DNA of 63,694 bases from an uncultured Gammaproteobacteria bacterium (GTDB lineage Bacteria > Patescibacteriota > Microgenomatia > UBA12405): contig CAZICU010000002.1 of the NCBI GenBank assembly GCA_964537905.1, positions 1 through 63,694 of the forward strand. Direction: 5' to 3'. The notes beneath the pieces are model-generated. The model saw only the letters and a program-made list of their open reading frames with translations. It made no database searches and had not been told where the DNA came from. This document shows, in pieces, positions 7,313 to 15,653 of this stretch (positions within the stretch are counted from its first letter, which is position 1; every line of letters starts with the position of its first letter). Made by a program: the position numbers and the translations under genes.

Positions 7313-8386
7313 ATGGATTTAAATCAACTCAAAACTTTTTTAGATTCTCAAAATCTTCCGCCGTTTCGTTTCCGCCAAATTGTTAAGAATTATTTTTCTG
7401 GTCGTTACTCTAATTTTGATCAGATGACTGATTTGTCCAAGGATTTACGTGCCAAACTTTCCCAAAAATTTTTTCTCTTGTCTGTTTCCGAAACAAAAAC
7501 TATCGGTGATAATTCAGTTCAAAAAACTCTCCTAAAATTATCTGATGGTCAATCAATTGAAACTGTTCTTATGGATTATGAAGATTGGATCACTGCTTGT
7601 GTCTCTTCCCAAGTTGGTTGTGCTCTTAATTGTCAATTTTGTGCCACTGGCAAAATGGGTTTCCAACGCAATTTAACTACTGACGAAATTATTGACCAGA
7701 TTTTATTTTGGAAAAATCATTTAAATTATAAAAATAATTCTCCCCGTCCTGTTAAGGGAGATGGAGGGTGTAGTTCCTCCCCTTGTCAAAGGGGAATGAG
7801 GGGATTTTTGGGAGGGTTTAGAGTCGTTTTCATGGGTATGGGTGAACCATTTTTAAATTGGGATAACTTGCTGGCCGCTCTTGAAATTATTAATTCACCT
7901 AGTGGTCTTAATATTGGTGCTCGCAAAATTAGTATTTCTACTGCTGGCATTGCTGATAAAATTATTGAATTTACTAATTTAGACACTCAAATTAATCTCG
8001 CTGTTTCTCTTCATTCTGCCAATCAAAAATATCGTGAGTCAATTATGCCTATTGCTCGGCAATATAATCTCGACGAACTCAAAAAATCTTGTTTGTATTA
8101 TGTCAATCACACCAACCGTCAATTATTTTTTGAATATGCTTTAACTAACCAAAATACTTCTCCAACGGACGCCAAATTATTAGCTGATTTTCTTCATTCT
8201 CATCGTTTATTTTTTCTTAATCTTATTCCTCTCAATCCGGTTGATGACGGTCTTATTCCCGCTACCAAAGATCAACAAAAACTTTTTATGAATTATCTCA
8301 ATCAATACAGAGTTGAATATTCTCTCCGAAAATCTTTTGGTCAATCTTATTCCGCTGCCTGTGGCCAACTCGTTACTAACAAATAA
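7313..8386 (+). CDS. rlmN: 23S rRNA/tRNA (adenine-C2)-methyltransferase RlmN (radical SAM)
   Basis: Carries the CALNCQFCATG radical-SAM cluster, the MGMGEPF motif and a C-terminal SAACGQL. An in-frame repeat-derived insertion lies at residues ~143-169. Confidence 0.9.
   Translation: MDLNQLKTFLDSQNLPPFRFRQIVKNYFSGRYSNFDQMTDLSKDLRAKLSQKFFLLSVSETKTIGDNSVQKTLLKLSDGQSIETVLMDYEDWITACVSSQVGCALNCQFCATGKMGFQRNLTTDEIIDQILFWKNHLNYKNNSPRPVKGDGGCSSSPCQRGMRGFLGGFRVVFMGMGEPFLNWDNLLAALEIINSPSGLNIGARKISISTAGIADKIIEFTNLDTQINLAVSLHSANQKYRESIMPIARQYNLDELKKSCLYYVNHTNRQLFFEYALTNQNTSPTDAKLLADFLHSHRLFFLNLIPLNPVDDGLIPATKDQQKLFMNYLNQYRVEYSLRKSFGQSYSAACGQLVTNK
7739..7820 (+). repeat. Two tandem G/C-rich hairpin repeat modules inserted in frame in rlmN
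   Basis: The first module is tctccccgtcctgttaagggagatggagggtg (CTCCC/GGGAG hairpin). The second is cctccccttgtcaaaggggaatgaggggatttttgggagggttt (CCCCTTGTCAAAGGGG hairpin). The same motifs occur at 17776, 20604 and 28100. Confidence 0.7.
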
Positions 8387-8469
8387 TTTTAAATTTTAAA
8401 ATTGATTAAAAATTAAAATTATAAATTAAAAATTAGATTATTACTCAATAAATAGGATATAATACCCTC

Positions 8470-9420
8470 ATGCTTATCGACGAAGTCAATATTACTATTA
8501 AAGGTGGTGACGGTGGAAATGGTATTGTCCATTTTTATAACGATGCTTTCCGCCCCAAAGGTGGCCCAGATGGGGGAAATGGTGGCGATGGTGGTTCTGT
8601 CTTTTTCGAAGGTGTTTCAGATATTTCCAAATTAAATCAATTTCGTCATGCCAAAGTTTATGCCGCTCAACCTGGTCAACCAGGAGATCGCAACAATCGT
8701 ACCGGCAAAGGTGGTGACGATTTAATTATCCAAGTCCCTGTTGGTACTGTGGCCATGTATGACAACGGTACTTCTATCGAAGTTACTCAAGTCGGCCAAA
8801 AAGTTCTCATGGCTCGTGGTGGTAGCGGTGGTAAGGGTAATTACATGTTCCGTTCATCTACTAATCAAACACCTCAAGAACGAGAATTAGGTTACAAATG
8901 TACTCCTAAAAAACTTTTCTTACAACTCAAACTTATTGCTCAAATTGGTTTAATTGGATTACCCAATGCTGGTAAAACCAGTTTATTAAATGAACTTACT
9001 TCGGCTAATGCCAAAGTAGCTAATTATGCTTTTACTACCCTTGAACCAAATTTAGGAGTTACCAAAAGCGGTCTAATTATTGCCGATATTCCTGGTCTTA
9101 TCGAAGGTGCTGCTGACGGCCGTGGATTAGGCGTTAAGTTTCTCAAACATATTGAAAGGACTAGTTTATTAATTCATTGTGTTTCGGCCGAATCACTTGA
9201 TCCCCTAAAAGATTATCAAACAATTCGTCAAGAACTTAGTAATTACAGTTCTGTTTTATCTCAAAAACCAGAAATCATTGTTCTTACTAAATCAGATATT
9301 TTAAACGATAAAGAAATTAAATCAATTCAAAAGAAAATCGGCGCTAAAATAATTACCTCTATCATCGATACTGATAGTATCAAAAAACTTAGTGACTTAA
9401 TTTCTCAAAAATTAAGCTAA
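8470..9420 (+). CDS. obg: GTPase Obg
   Basis: The Gly-rich Obg fold reads GGDGGNG..GGPDGGNGGDGG. The G1 motif is GLPNAGKTS and the G3 motif is DIPG. Confidence 0.9.
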   Translation: MLIDEVNITIKGGDGGNGIVHFYNDAFRPKGGPDGGNGGDGGSVFFEGVSDISKLNQFRHAKVYAAQPGQPGDRNNRTGKGGDDLIIQVPVGTVAMYDNGTSIEVTQVGQKVLMARGGSGGKGNYMFRSSTNQTPQERELGYKCTPKKLFLQLKLIAQIGLIGLPNAGKTSLLNELTSANAKVANYAFTTLEPNLGVTKSGLIIADIPGLIEGAADGRGLGVKFLKHIERTSLLIHCVSAESLDPLKDYQTIRQELSNYSSVLSQKPEIIVLTKSDILNDKEIKSIQKKIGAKIITSIIDTDSIKKLSDLISQKLS

Positions 9421-9837
9421 AACTCTTTTTACTTTATTCCAATTTCTTTTAAGTTGATTTAATAGTTTTACTGCTCCATCTTTGGTTGTTTTAAAATCAC
9501 TTTTATATTCTTCTATAACATCTCCAATAATCATGGCGTACTTTTCTTTATCAATATCTTTACCGGCTGTTTTTACCTCAGCTACTTTACTCATTACTGC
9601 CGTTTTAATTTTTTTGTATTTATTTACTGCTTCTTCAGTTGCTTCTCCAAAAACTTCTTCTACTTTTGCTTTTGTGTCTTTTGCTCCAGTTTGAACTTCT
9701 TTACTTAGTTTAGCCAACATTTTAACTATATCCTCTCTAGTTTTTTTACCTGATTGTGGGGCTAAAAGCAATCCTCCTACAGCACCAACCGTCGCCGCTA
9801 ATAACCCCGTTAAAAAAAATTTTCCTGTTTTTGACAT
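9412..9837 (-). CDS. YtxH domain-containing protein
   Basis: The N-terminal segment FLTGLLAATVGAVGGLLLAPQSGKKTREDI is typical of YtxH. The rest is Lys/Glu-rich and helical. Confidence 0.7.
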   Translation of the reverse strand: MSKTGKFFLTGLLAATVGAVGGLLLAPQSGKKTREDIVKMLAKLSKEVQTGAKDTKAKVEEVFGEATEEAVNKYKKIKTAVMSKVAEVKTAGKDIDKEKYAMIIGDVIEEYKSDFKTTKDGAVKLLNQLKRNWNKVKRVLA

Positions 9838-9875
9838 TTTTATTTTAATTAAATAACACTTTAAGTCTAAAGGAA

Positions 9876-11696
9876 TTAAAAACTTCTGTCAATTAAATAT
9901 GTCCCATTTTGGGATTCTCTCAAATCAAATCCAAAAGCTCGACGGCTAACCGCTATTATTGGTGGTGCTTGAATTCTTTTAAAATAACTTAATTTAAATA
10001 GTTTCCATTTTTCTTCTAAATCATTTTTAAATTCCAATCTGTTTAAAAAATATTTTTTAATTAACCCCTCTTCTAATTTCATTTCTTTTTCAATTAATCC
10101 TTTATCGTACCATTCTAAAATTTCTTTTGGATCTTTTCTAAATTCTACCCAGGCTCTTACTAATTTATCGTGATAAGGATAAAGGATTGGATCGCCTTTA
10201 CCTTTGGTTACATCTTGTTTATCACTTAATTCTGCTGATGGTACTACTTCAAAAATTTCTTTTGGAATCAATTCTCTATTGTTAATTTTATTTATATATT
10301 TCGCCAGTTGATAAACTTCCCATTTATACAAATCAGCCAATGGGCAAATTGCCCCATTCATATCACCATAAAGGGTAGTGTAACCCAAAGCCATTTCTGT
10401 CTTATTACTATTATTAATTATTACCCCTTCAACTGCGGCTGCTACCCCTGCCAATATTCGGCTTCCTCTATCTCGTGCTTGAATGTTCTCAATTAAGAAA
10501 TCAGTTACATTTAAGCTATTTTCTTGTAATTCTTTGACTGTCAAATCAACTCCATTTTGAATCGAGATTATTTTATATTCAATTTCTAAATTATCAGCTA
10601 ATTTTTTTGCCGCATTTTTAGTTAAATCAGAATTAAATTTTGATGGCATATTCACTCCTAAAATTTTTTCTTTACCCAAAGCATTTACCAACAAACTTGC
10701 CGATACAGCTGAATCAATTCCACCACTGATTCCGATTACTGCTTTTTTAATTCCAGTTTGTTCAAAAAATTTTTTCAATCCATAAATCAATCCATCATAT
10801 AATTCTTCTGTATCTTTATAGCCTTCCGAAGCTTTGGCGAAGGAGACCTTTGTCTCGCCCAATTTTATTTCTAAAATATTTTCTTCATAAGGTCTTGCCG
10901 TTTTAATTATTTCTCCATCACGACTATAAATAGTCGAACTACCATCAAATAAAAAAATGTTTTTGCCATTATTTTGAATTCCCACATTGTTACAATAAAC
11001 AAAATTTATTGGATTTTTAGATAATAAATTTTTTATAATTTTATGTCTTTTATTATTTTTTTGCCATGTCCATGGTGAAGCTGAAATATTGATTATAATT
11101 TCCGACCTATTATCAGCCAAAATTTTTATTGGGTTAACAGTATAATTTTCAACCCACATATCTTCACACAAAGTTAACCCAATTTTAATTTCTTTTTTTC
11201 TTATTTTTAAATTAAATGGTTTTAATAATTTATTAATTTTTACTTCTTTTTCATTTGCTAATTTTTGCATTGAATAAAAATGTCTTTCATCATCAAATTC
11301 TCTATATTTAGGCATTAATGTTTTAAAAGTATATCCTCTAAAAACTCCGTTGCTTACCCATTTTTTATTTTGAGCTATAAATGCCGCATTATATTTTCTG
11401 ACTCTACCATCTTCGTCTACTTTTTCAAAATCAGCCAATACACTTCCCCAAATTACCGTTATTTTTTCACTTTCTTCTCTAATTTTTTCATTAATTTTCA
11501 CTAAACTTTTTATCAAACTTTCATTTTCCCATTCATCACCAAGTAAATATCCGCTAACCACCATTTCTGGAAATATCACCACATCATTTTTATTTTCCCT
11601 CGCTTCTTTAATTTTACGAATAATTTTTGCAAAGTTAATATCCGGTCTCCCCGCCACCACTTCCATCTGTACCACCGCAATTTTTATATCCTTCAT
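9876..11696 (-). CDS. nadE: Glutamine-dependent NAD+ synthetase
   Basis: The N-terminal CN-hydrolase domain carries FPEMVVSGY and LCEDMW. The C-terminal PP-loop is GISGGIDSAV. The start at ATG 11696 (MKDIKIAVVQ) is preferred because TATAAT (11704-11709, minus strand) lies 7 nt upstream. The ORF track begins at TTG 11717. Confidence 0.85.
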   Translation of the reverse strand: MKDIKIAVVQMEVVAGRPDINFAKIIRKIKEARENKNDVVIFPEMVVSGYLLGDEWENESLIKSLVKINEKIREESEKITVIWGSVLADFEKVDEDGRVRKYNAAFIAQNKKWVSNGVFRGYTFKTLMPKYREFDDERHFYSMQKLANEKEVKINKLLKPFNLKIRKKEIKIGLTLCEDMWVENYTVNPIKILADNRSEIIINISASPWTWQKNNKRHKIIKNLLSKNPINFVYCNNVGIQNNGKNIFLFDGSSTIYSRDGEIIKTARPYEENILEIKLGETKVSFAKASEGYKDTEELYDGLIYGLKKFFEQTGIKKAVIGISGGIDSAVSASLLVNALGKEKILGVNMPSKFNSDLTKNAAKKLADNLEIEYKIISIQNGVDLTVKELQENSLNVTDFLIENIQARDRGSRILAGVAAAVEGVIINNSNKTEMALGYTTLYGDMNGAICPLADLYKWEVYQLAKYINKINNRELIPKEIFEVVPSAELSDKQDVTKGKGDPILYPYHDKLVRAWVEFRKDPKEILEWYDKGLIEKEMKLEEGLIKKYFLNRLEFKNDLEEKWKLFKLSYFKRIQAPPIIAVSRRAFGFDLRESQNGTYLIDRSF

Positions 11697-11738
11697 TACC
11701 ATAATTATATCTGACAATCTGAATAGCTGATAGGCTGA

Positions 11739-12653
11739 CTAGCTTTCAATTTCTCTTTCTGGCCAATGTTTATCAATTTCTACTATCAATTCCAAAAAAA
11801 TTTTTCGTTCGGTCATTAGTTCTAATTCTTTGCGAGCATTATAGCCAATTTCTTTAATTTTTTTACCCCCTCGGCCAATAATCATTTTTTTATATCTTTC
11901 AGCTGTAGTTAAAATTACTGCCCTAATTACCAACATTTTTCTTTTGTCAGTAATTGAATCGACTCGGACATCTACCGAATAAGGAACTTCTTCTCTCAAA
12001 AACAAATAAGCTTTTTCTCGAATAATTTCTTGGACATAATCTTTTGAATTCATTCCCATCTTTGGCTTATTCCCGTTATCCATAATTTTTATATTATATT
12101 CAGTTTCTTTATTGATTTTTGCTGGTAATAATTCAAAAATCAAATTAATTAATCCTTTAATATTTTTATCTTTAATCGCACTTACACTGATTACCTTATC
12201 AAATTCATCTTCCAAATAGTTATATTCTGGTAAATGATCTTTTGAACCAGTAGCAATATCTATTTTGTTATAAACCAAAATTTTTTTTGCTTTTACTTTT
12301 CTCACCAAACCAATCACTTTATTTTCTTCTTCATTTTTAGGTCGAGAAATATCTACCAAGCATAAAATTACATCTGCCTGATTTAATTCTTTTGGTGCTT
12401 CCTGATTAATTCTTTTTCCCATTAAATCATCCACTTTGGCAATAATCCCTGGTGTATCACTAAATATAATTTGACCTCTATCGTCACTATAAACCACCCG
12501 ACTATTTTTTCGGGTTGTTTGGGGAAGGGGTGAAGTAATGGCTACTTTTTGCGACATGATCGCATTCAGTAGGCTCGATTTGCCAGTATTTGGCCGACCC
12601 ACCAATACTACCCTTCCAATTTTTGGTTTAATTACTTCAATTATTTTTTGCAT
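11739..12653 (-). CDS. era: GTPase Era
   Basis: The G1 motif is GRPNTGKSS and the G3 motif is DTPG. The C-terminal KH domain reads IGRGGKKIKEIG. Confidence 0.9.
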   Translation of the reverse strand: MQKIIEVIKPKIGRVVLVGRPNTGKSSLLNAIMSQKVAITSPLPQTTRKNSRVVYSDDRGQIIFSDTPGIIAKVDDLMGKRINQEAPKELNQADVILCLVDISRPKNEEENKVIGLVRKVKAKKILVYNKIDIATGSKDHLPEYNYLEDEFDKVISVSAIKDKNIKGLINLIFELLPAKINKETEYNIKIMDNGNKPKMGMNSKDYVQEIIREKAYLFLREEVPYSVDVRVDSITDKRKMLVIRAVILTTAERYKKMIIGRGGKKIKEIGYNARKELELMTERKIFLELIVEIDKHWPEREIES

Positions 12654-12684
12654 TCAGCATATTTTACCAAATTTTGCCATAAAA

Positions 12685-12712
12685 TTGACTTTTTAATAAA
12701 AAATATTACAAT
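12685..12712 (+). promoter_or_regulatory. Candidate promoter of the small ORF unit
   Basis: A TTGACT box (12685-12690) is followed by a 16-nt spacer and a TACAAT box (12707-12712). Confidence 0.4.
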
Positions 12713-12760
12713 ACAAAATGTTTTATAAATCAAAGCGATTTATTTTAAAGCAGAACCTTA

Positions 12761-12775
12761 AAATCATAAACTTAA
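12761..12775. repeat. Left arm of a perfect 15-bp inverted repeat flanking the small ORF
   Basis: aaatcataaacttaa is the exact reverse complement of 13102-13116. Confidence 0.85.
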
Positions 12776-12832
12776 AATTCAGTTCATTAGAACTTTTATA
12801 TAAAACATAATTTAAAAAAAGGAGTGATCATT

Positions 12833-13105
12833 TTGGAACAATCACCGTTATGTCTGTCACCTTTATTATTTATGTCAAAAGAGAAATTAGAAAGTTTTTT
12901 TAAAAAGGCATTTCCCGGTTTAGAAAAATACAAGGTAAACTACAAACAAGTCCAAAATATTCTGCGTATAACCTTTCTTTGGAAAAAGAAAAAAATAAAA
13001 ATCGATTTAGGAAAAGGAGGAGTTAATATTTTTAATAAAAATATAAGTAATTTTATTAAATTACGAATACAGAGACAATTACTTTTAGATATAAAATTCC
13101 ATTAA
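12833..13105 (+). CDS. Small Lys-rich hypothetical protein
   Basis: The ORF has an AAGGAG Shine-Dalgarno site at 12819-12824. The TTG at 12833 has 8-nt spacing from it. The track start GTG 12824 overlaps the Shine-Dalgarno site, and ATG 12872 is also possible. An intrinsic terminator follows. No domain was recognised. Confidence 0.3.
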   Translation: MEQSPLCLSPLLFMSKEKLESFFKKAFPGLEKYKVNYKQVQNILRITFLWKKKKIKIDLGKGGVNIFNKNISNFIKLRIQRQLLLDIKFH

Positions 13106-13116
13106 GTTTATGATTT
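13102..13116. repeat. Right arm of a perfect 15-bp inverted repeat flanking the small ORF
   Basis: ttaagtttatgattt overlaps the ORF stop codon (13103-13105). Confidence 0.85.
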
Positions 13117-13162
13117 AAAAAGAGATATGGTTTAAAACCATTTATTCCATATCTCTTTTTTT
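13117..13162 (+). terminator. Rho-independent terminator
   Basis: A 10-bp stem pairs agagatatgg (13121-13130) with ccatatctct (13147-13156). A run of seven T follows. Confidence 0.75.
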
Positions 13163-13241
13163 ACCTATATAAAATTTTTTTTGACAGTTGTAAACCATTT
13201 TTTTACAGGTAAAATAAAAAGACTATAAAAACATTTGACAC

Positions 13242-13268
13242 TTAGCAATGTCAATGATAGACTGCTAA
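13242..13268. promoter_or_regulatory. CIRCE-like inverted repeat overlapping the putative lon promoter
   Basis: TTAGCAATG-N9-GACTGCTAA compares with the CIRCE consensus TTAGCACTC-N9-GAGTGCTAA at 15 of 18 arm positions. It lies between TTGACA (13235-13240) and the lon ATG, and it overlaps a TAGACT -10 candidate (13258-13263). Confidence 0.4.
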
Positions 13269-13272
13269 ATAT

Positions 13273-15651
13273 ATGGAACAAAATCCACTAGAAACTACCA
13301 CCTTACAACCTGTTCGTAAAGTTCTTCCTTTGATTCCTTTACGTAATATTATTCTTTTTCCTTCAGTTGAGACTTCACTTTTTTTTGGTCGTAAAGAATC
13401 CATGAATTCACTTCTTCATTCTTATGATAATACTAACAAATTAGTCATTATTACCACTCAAAAAGATTCTCGAATCGATAATCCCAACTTAAATGATCTT
13501 TATAACGTTGGAGTTTTAGCCAAAATCGAACATGTTCTTCAAACTGATGGTAATCTTCATGCTATTGTCAAAGGTATTTCTCGAGTTAATATTGTCAATC
13601 TTCTTAAAACTGATCCCTTTTTTTTAGCCGAATATGTTGATTTACCGATTATTCCAGAATCTCTAACTGAAGTTCAACAATCCTCAGAAACTCTTTTAAG
13701 TCAACTTAAAAAAGCTTTTTCTTTAGGTCGTCAACTTGATTTACCGGCTATGATGCAACTTAGTAATGGTGTTTCTAGTAGTGATTTAGCTGATCAAGTT
13801 GCTTTTTCTCTTGATGCTAAAATGTCCGAAAAACAGGGATTACTCGAAACATTATTAGTTAGTCAACGTCTCAAAGCTGTCACTGAATTTTTAATTCAAG
13901 AAATGAAAATTGCCGAACTGGAACGTTCAATTGAAGAAAAAACTCAAGAAAAATTCAACACTGGTATTAAACGTAATGTTTTAGAAGAAAGAAAACGTCA
14001 AATTGAAAAAGAATTAAAACGTCTCGGTCAAAGTACCGGTGGTGAATTTGATGATTTAGAAAAACAAATAAAAAATCTTAATGTTTCCAAAGATATTCGT
14101 AAAAAACTTAAAAAAGAACTTGATCGACTTATGGAAATGGGATCAATGGCTCCCGAAGCTAGTTATATTAAAACTTATCTTGAAACCATAGTTGAGTTAC
14201 CTTTTAATAAATATTCCAAATCTGATGTTAAATTACCCAAAGCCACCAAAATTCTTGACGAAGATCATTATGGCATCAAAGATGTTAAGGAAAGAATTCT
14301 TGAATATTTAGCAGTTATTCAATTAAAAAATAAACTAAAAACCAAAAAAAATGAAGATGTTTCTGGTACTGCCAACATTCTTTGTTTTATTGGTCCTCCG
14401 GGTGTTGGTAAAACTTCATTAGGTAAATCCATTGCTAAAGCTCTTGGTCGTGAATTTGTTCGTGCTTCTCTTGGTGGTATTCGTGATGAGGCTGAAATTC
14501 GGGGTCATCGTCGAACTTATGTTGGCGCTATGCCTGGTCGAATTATTAAAGGTCTAAAAGAAGCTAAATCAATGAATCCTGTTTTTATGCTCGACGAAGT
14601 TGATAAAATTGGTTCTGATTATCGAGGTGATCCTTCATCTGCTTTACTTGAAACTCTTGATCCAGAACAAAACAGAGAATTCACCGATCATTACGTTGAT
14701 TTCCCGGTTGATCTTTCTAAAGTATTTTTTATCTTAACCGGCAACGATATTTCTACTATTCCTGGTCCTCTTCGTGATCGTTTGGAAATTATCAATTTTT
14801 CTGGCTACACTCTTGATGAAAAATTTAATATTGCCAAAAAATATTTAGTTAAAAAAGAGTTAAAAGCTAATGGTTTACAGTCAAAAGACATTGTCTCTAT
14901 CAAAGATGAAACTTTAAAATATGTTATTGAAAAATACACTCGTGAAGCTGGAGTTCGTAGTCTTGATCGAACTATTTCTTCACTTTTCCGCAAAGCCGCC
15001 AAAAAAATTGTTACTGATAAAAAAACTCCAATTGATTTAAACAATTCCCTTCTTCTTAAAAAATTCTTAGGTCCAGAAAAATTTTCTGCTACTCTTAAAG
15101 GTAAAAAAGACGAAGTTGGTGTTTCTACTGGTTTAGCTTGGACTTCTGTTGGTGGTGATATTTTGTTTATTGAAGTTAATATTATGCCGGGCCGTGGCCA
15201 ACTTATTTTAACTGGAAAATTAGGCTCTGTTATGAAAGAATCTTGTCAAGCCGCTTTATCTTTTGTTCGCTCTCAATCAAAAGAATTTGGAATTAAACAA
15301 GATTTTCATAAAATTGATATTCATATCCATGTTCCCGAAGGTGCCACTCCCAAAGATGGTCCCAGTGCTGGCGGTGCTATTACTACTGCTTTAGTTTCTG
15401 CTCTCAAAGGTGTATCTATTTCCAAAGAAGTCGGGATGACTGGTGAAATTACTCTTCGGGGAAACATTTTAGAGATTGGTGGTCTTAAGGAAAAATCCAT
15501 CGCTGCTCATCGAGCCGGACTCAAAACTATTTTTATTCCCCAAGATAATGCCAAATCTTTAGTTGAAATCCCCAAAGAAGTCAAAAAAGACATCAAATTC
15601 ATCCCTGTATCTCACTATTCCGAAATTTACAAAAAAATTTTTATTAAATAG
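13273..15651 (+). CDS. lon: ATP-dependent Lon protease
   Basis: Has an N-terminal LON domain, the Walker A motif GPPGVGKTS and the catalytic Ser motif PKDGPSAG. Confidence 0.95.
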   Translation: MEQNPLETTTLQPVRKVLPLIPLRNIILFPSVETSLFFGRKESMNSLLHSYDNTNKLVIITTQKDSRIDNPNLNDLYNVGVLAKIEHVLQTDGNLHAIVKGISRVNIVNLLKTDPFFLAEYVDLPIIPESLTEVQQSSETLLSQLKKAFSLGRQLDLPAMMQLSNGVSSSDLADQVAFSLDAKMSEKQGLLETLLVSQRLKAVTEFLIQEMKIAELERSIEEKTQEKFNTGIKRNVLEERKRQIEKELKRLGQSTGGEFDDLEKQIKNLNVSKDIRKKLKKELDRLMEMGSMAPEASYIKTYLETIVELPFNKYSKSDVKLPKATKILDEDHYGIKDVKERILEYLAVIQLKNKLKTKKNEDVSGTANILCFIGPPGVGKTSLGKSIAKALGREFVRASLGGIRDEAEIRGHRRTYVGAMPGRIIKGLKEAKSMNPVFMLDEVDKIGSDYRGDPSSALLETLDPEQNREFTDHYVDFPVDLSKVFFILTGNDISTIPGPLRDRLEIINFSGYTLDEKFNIAKKYLVKKELKANGLQSKDIVSIKDETLKYVIEKYTREAGVRSLDRTISSLFRKAAKKIVTDKKTPIDLNNSLLLKKFLGPEKFSATLKGKKDEVGVSTGLAWTSVGGDILFIEVNIMPGRGQLILTGKLGSVMKESCQAALSFVRSQSKEFGIKQDFHKIDIHIHVPEGATPKDGPSAGGAITTALVSALKGVSISKEVGMTGEITLRGNILEIGGLKEKSIAAHRAGLKTIFIPQDNAKSLVEIPKEVKKDIKFIPVSHYSEIYKKIFIK

Positions 15652-15653
15652 TC

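Noticed and set aside
13182-13215. Second upstream lon promoter (TTGACA at ~13185)
   Set aside because: No acceptable -10 hexamer lies 16-19 nt downstream of this TTGACA.
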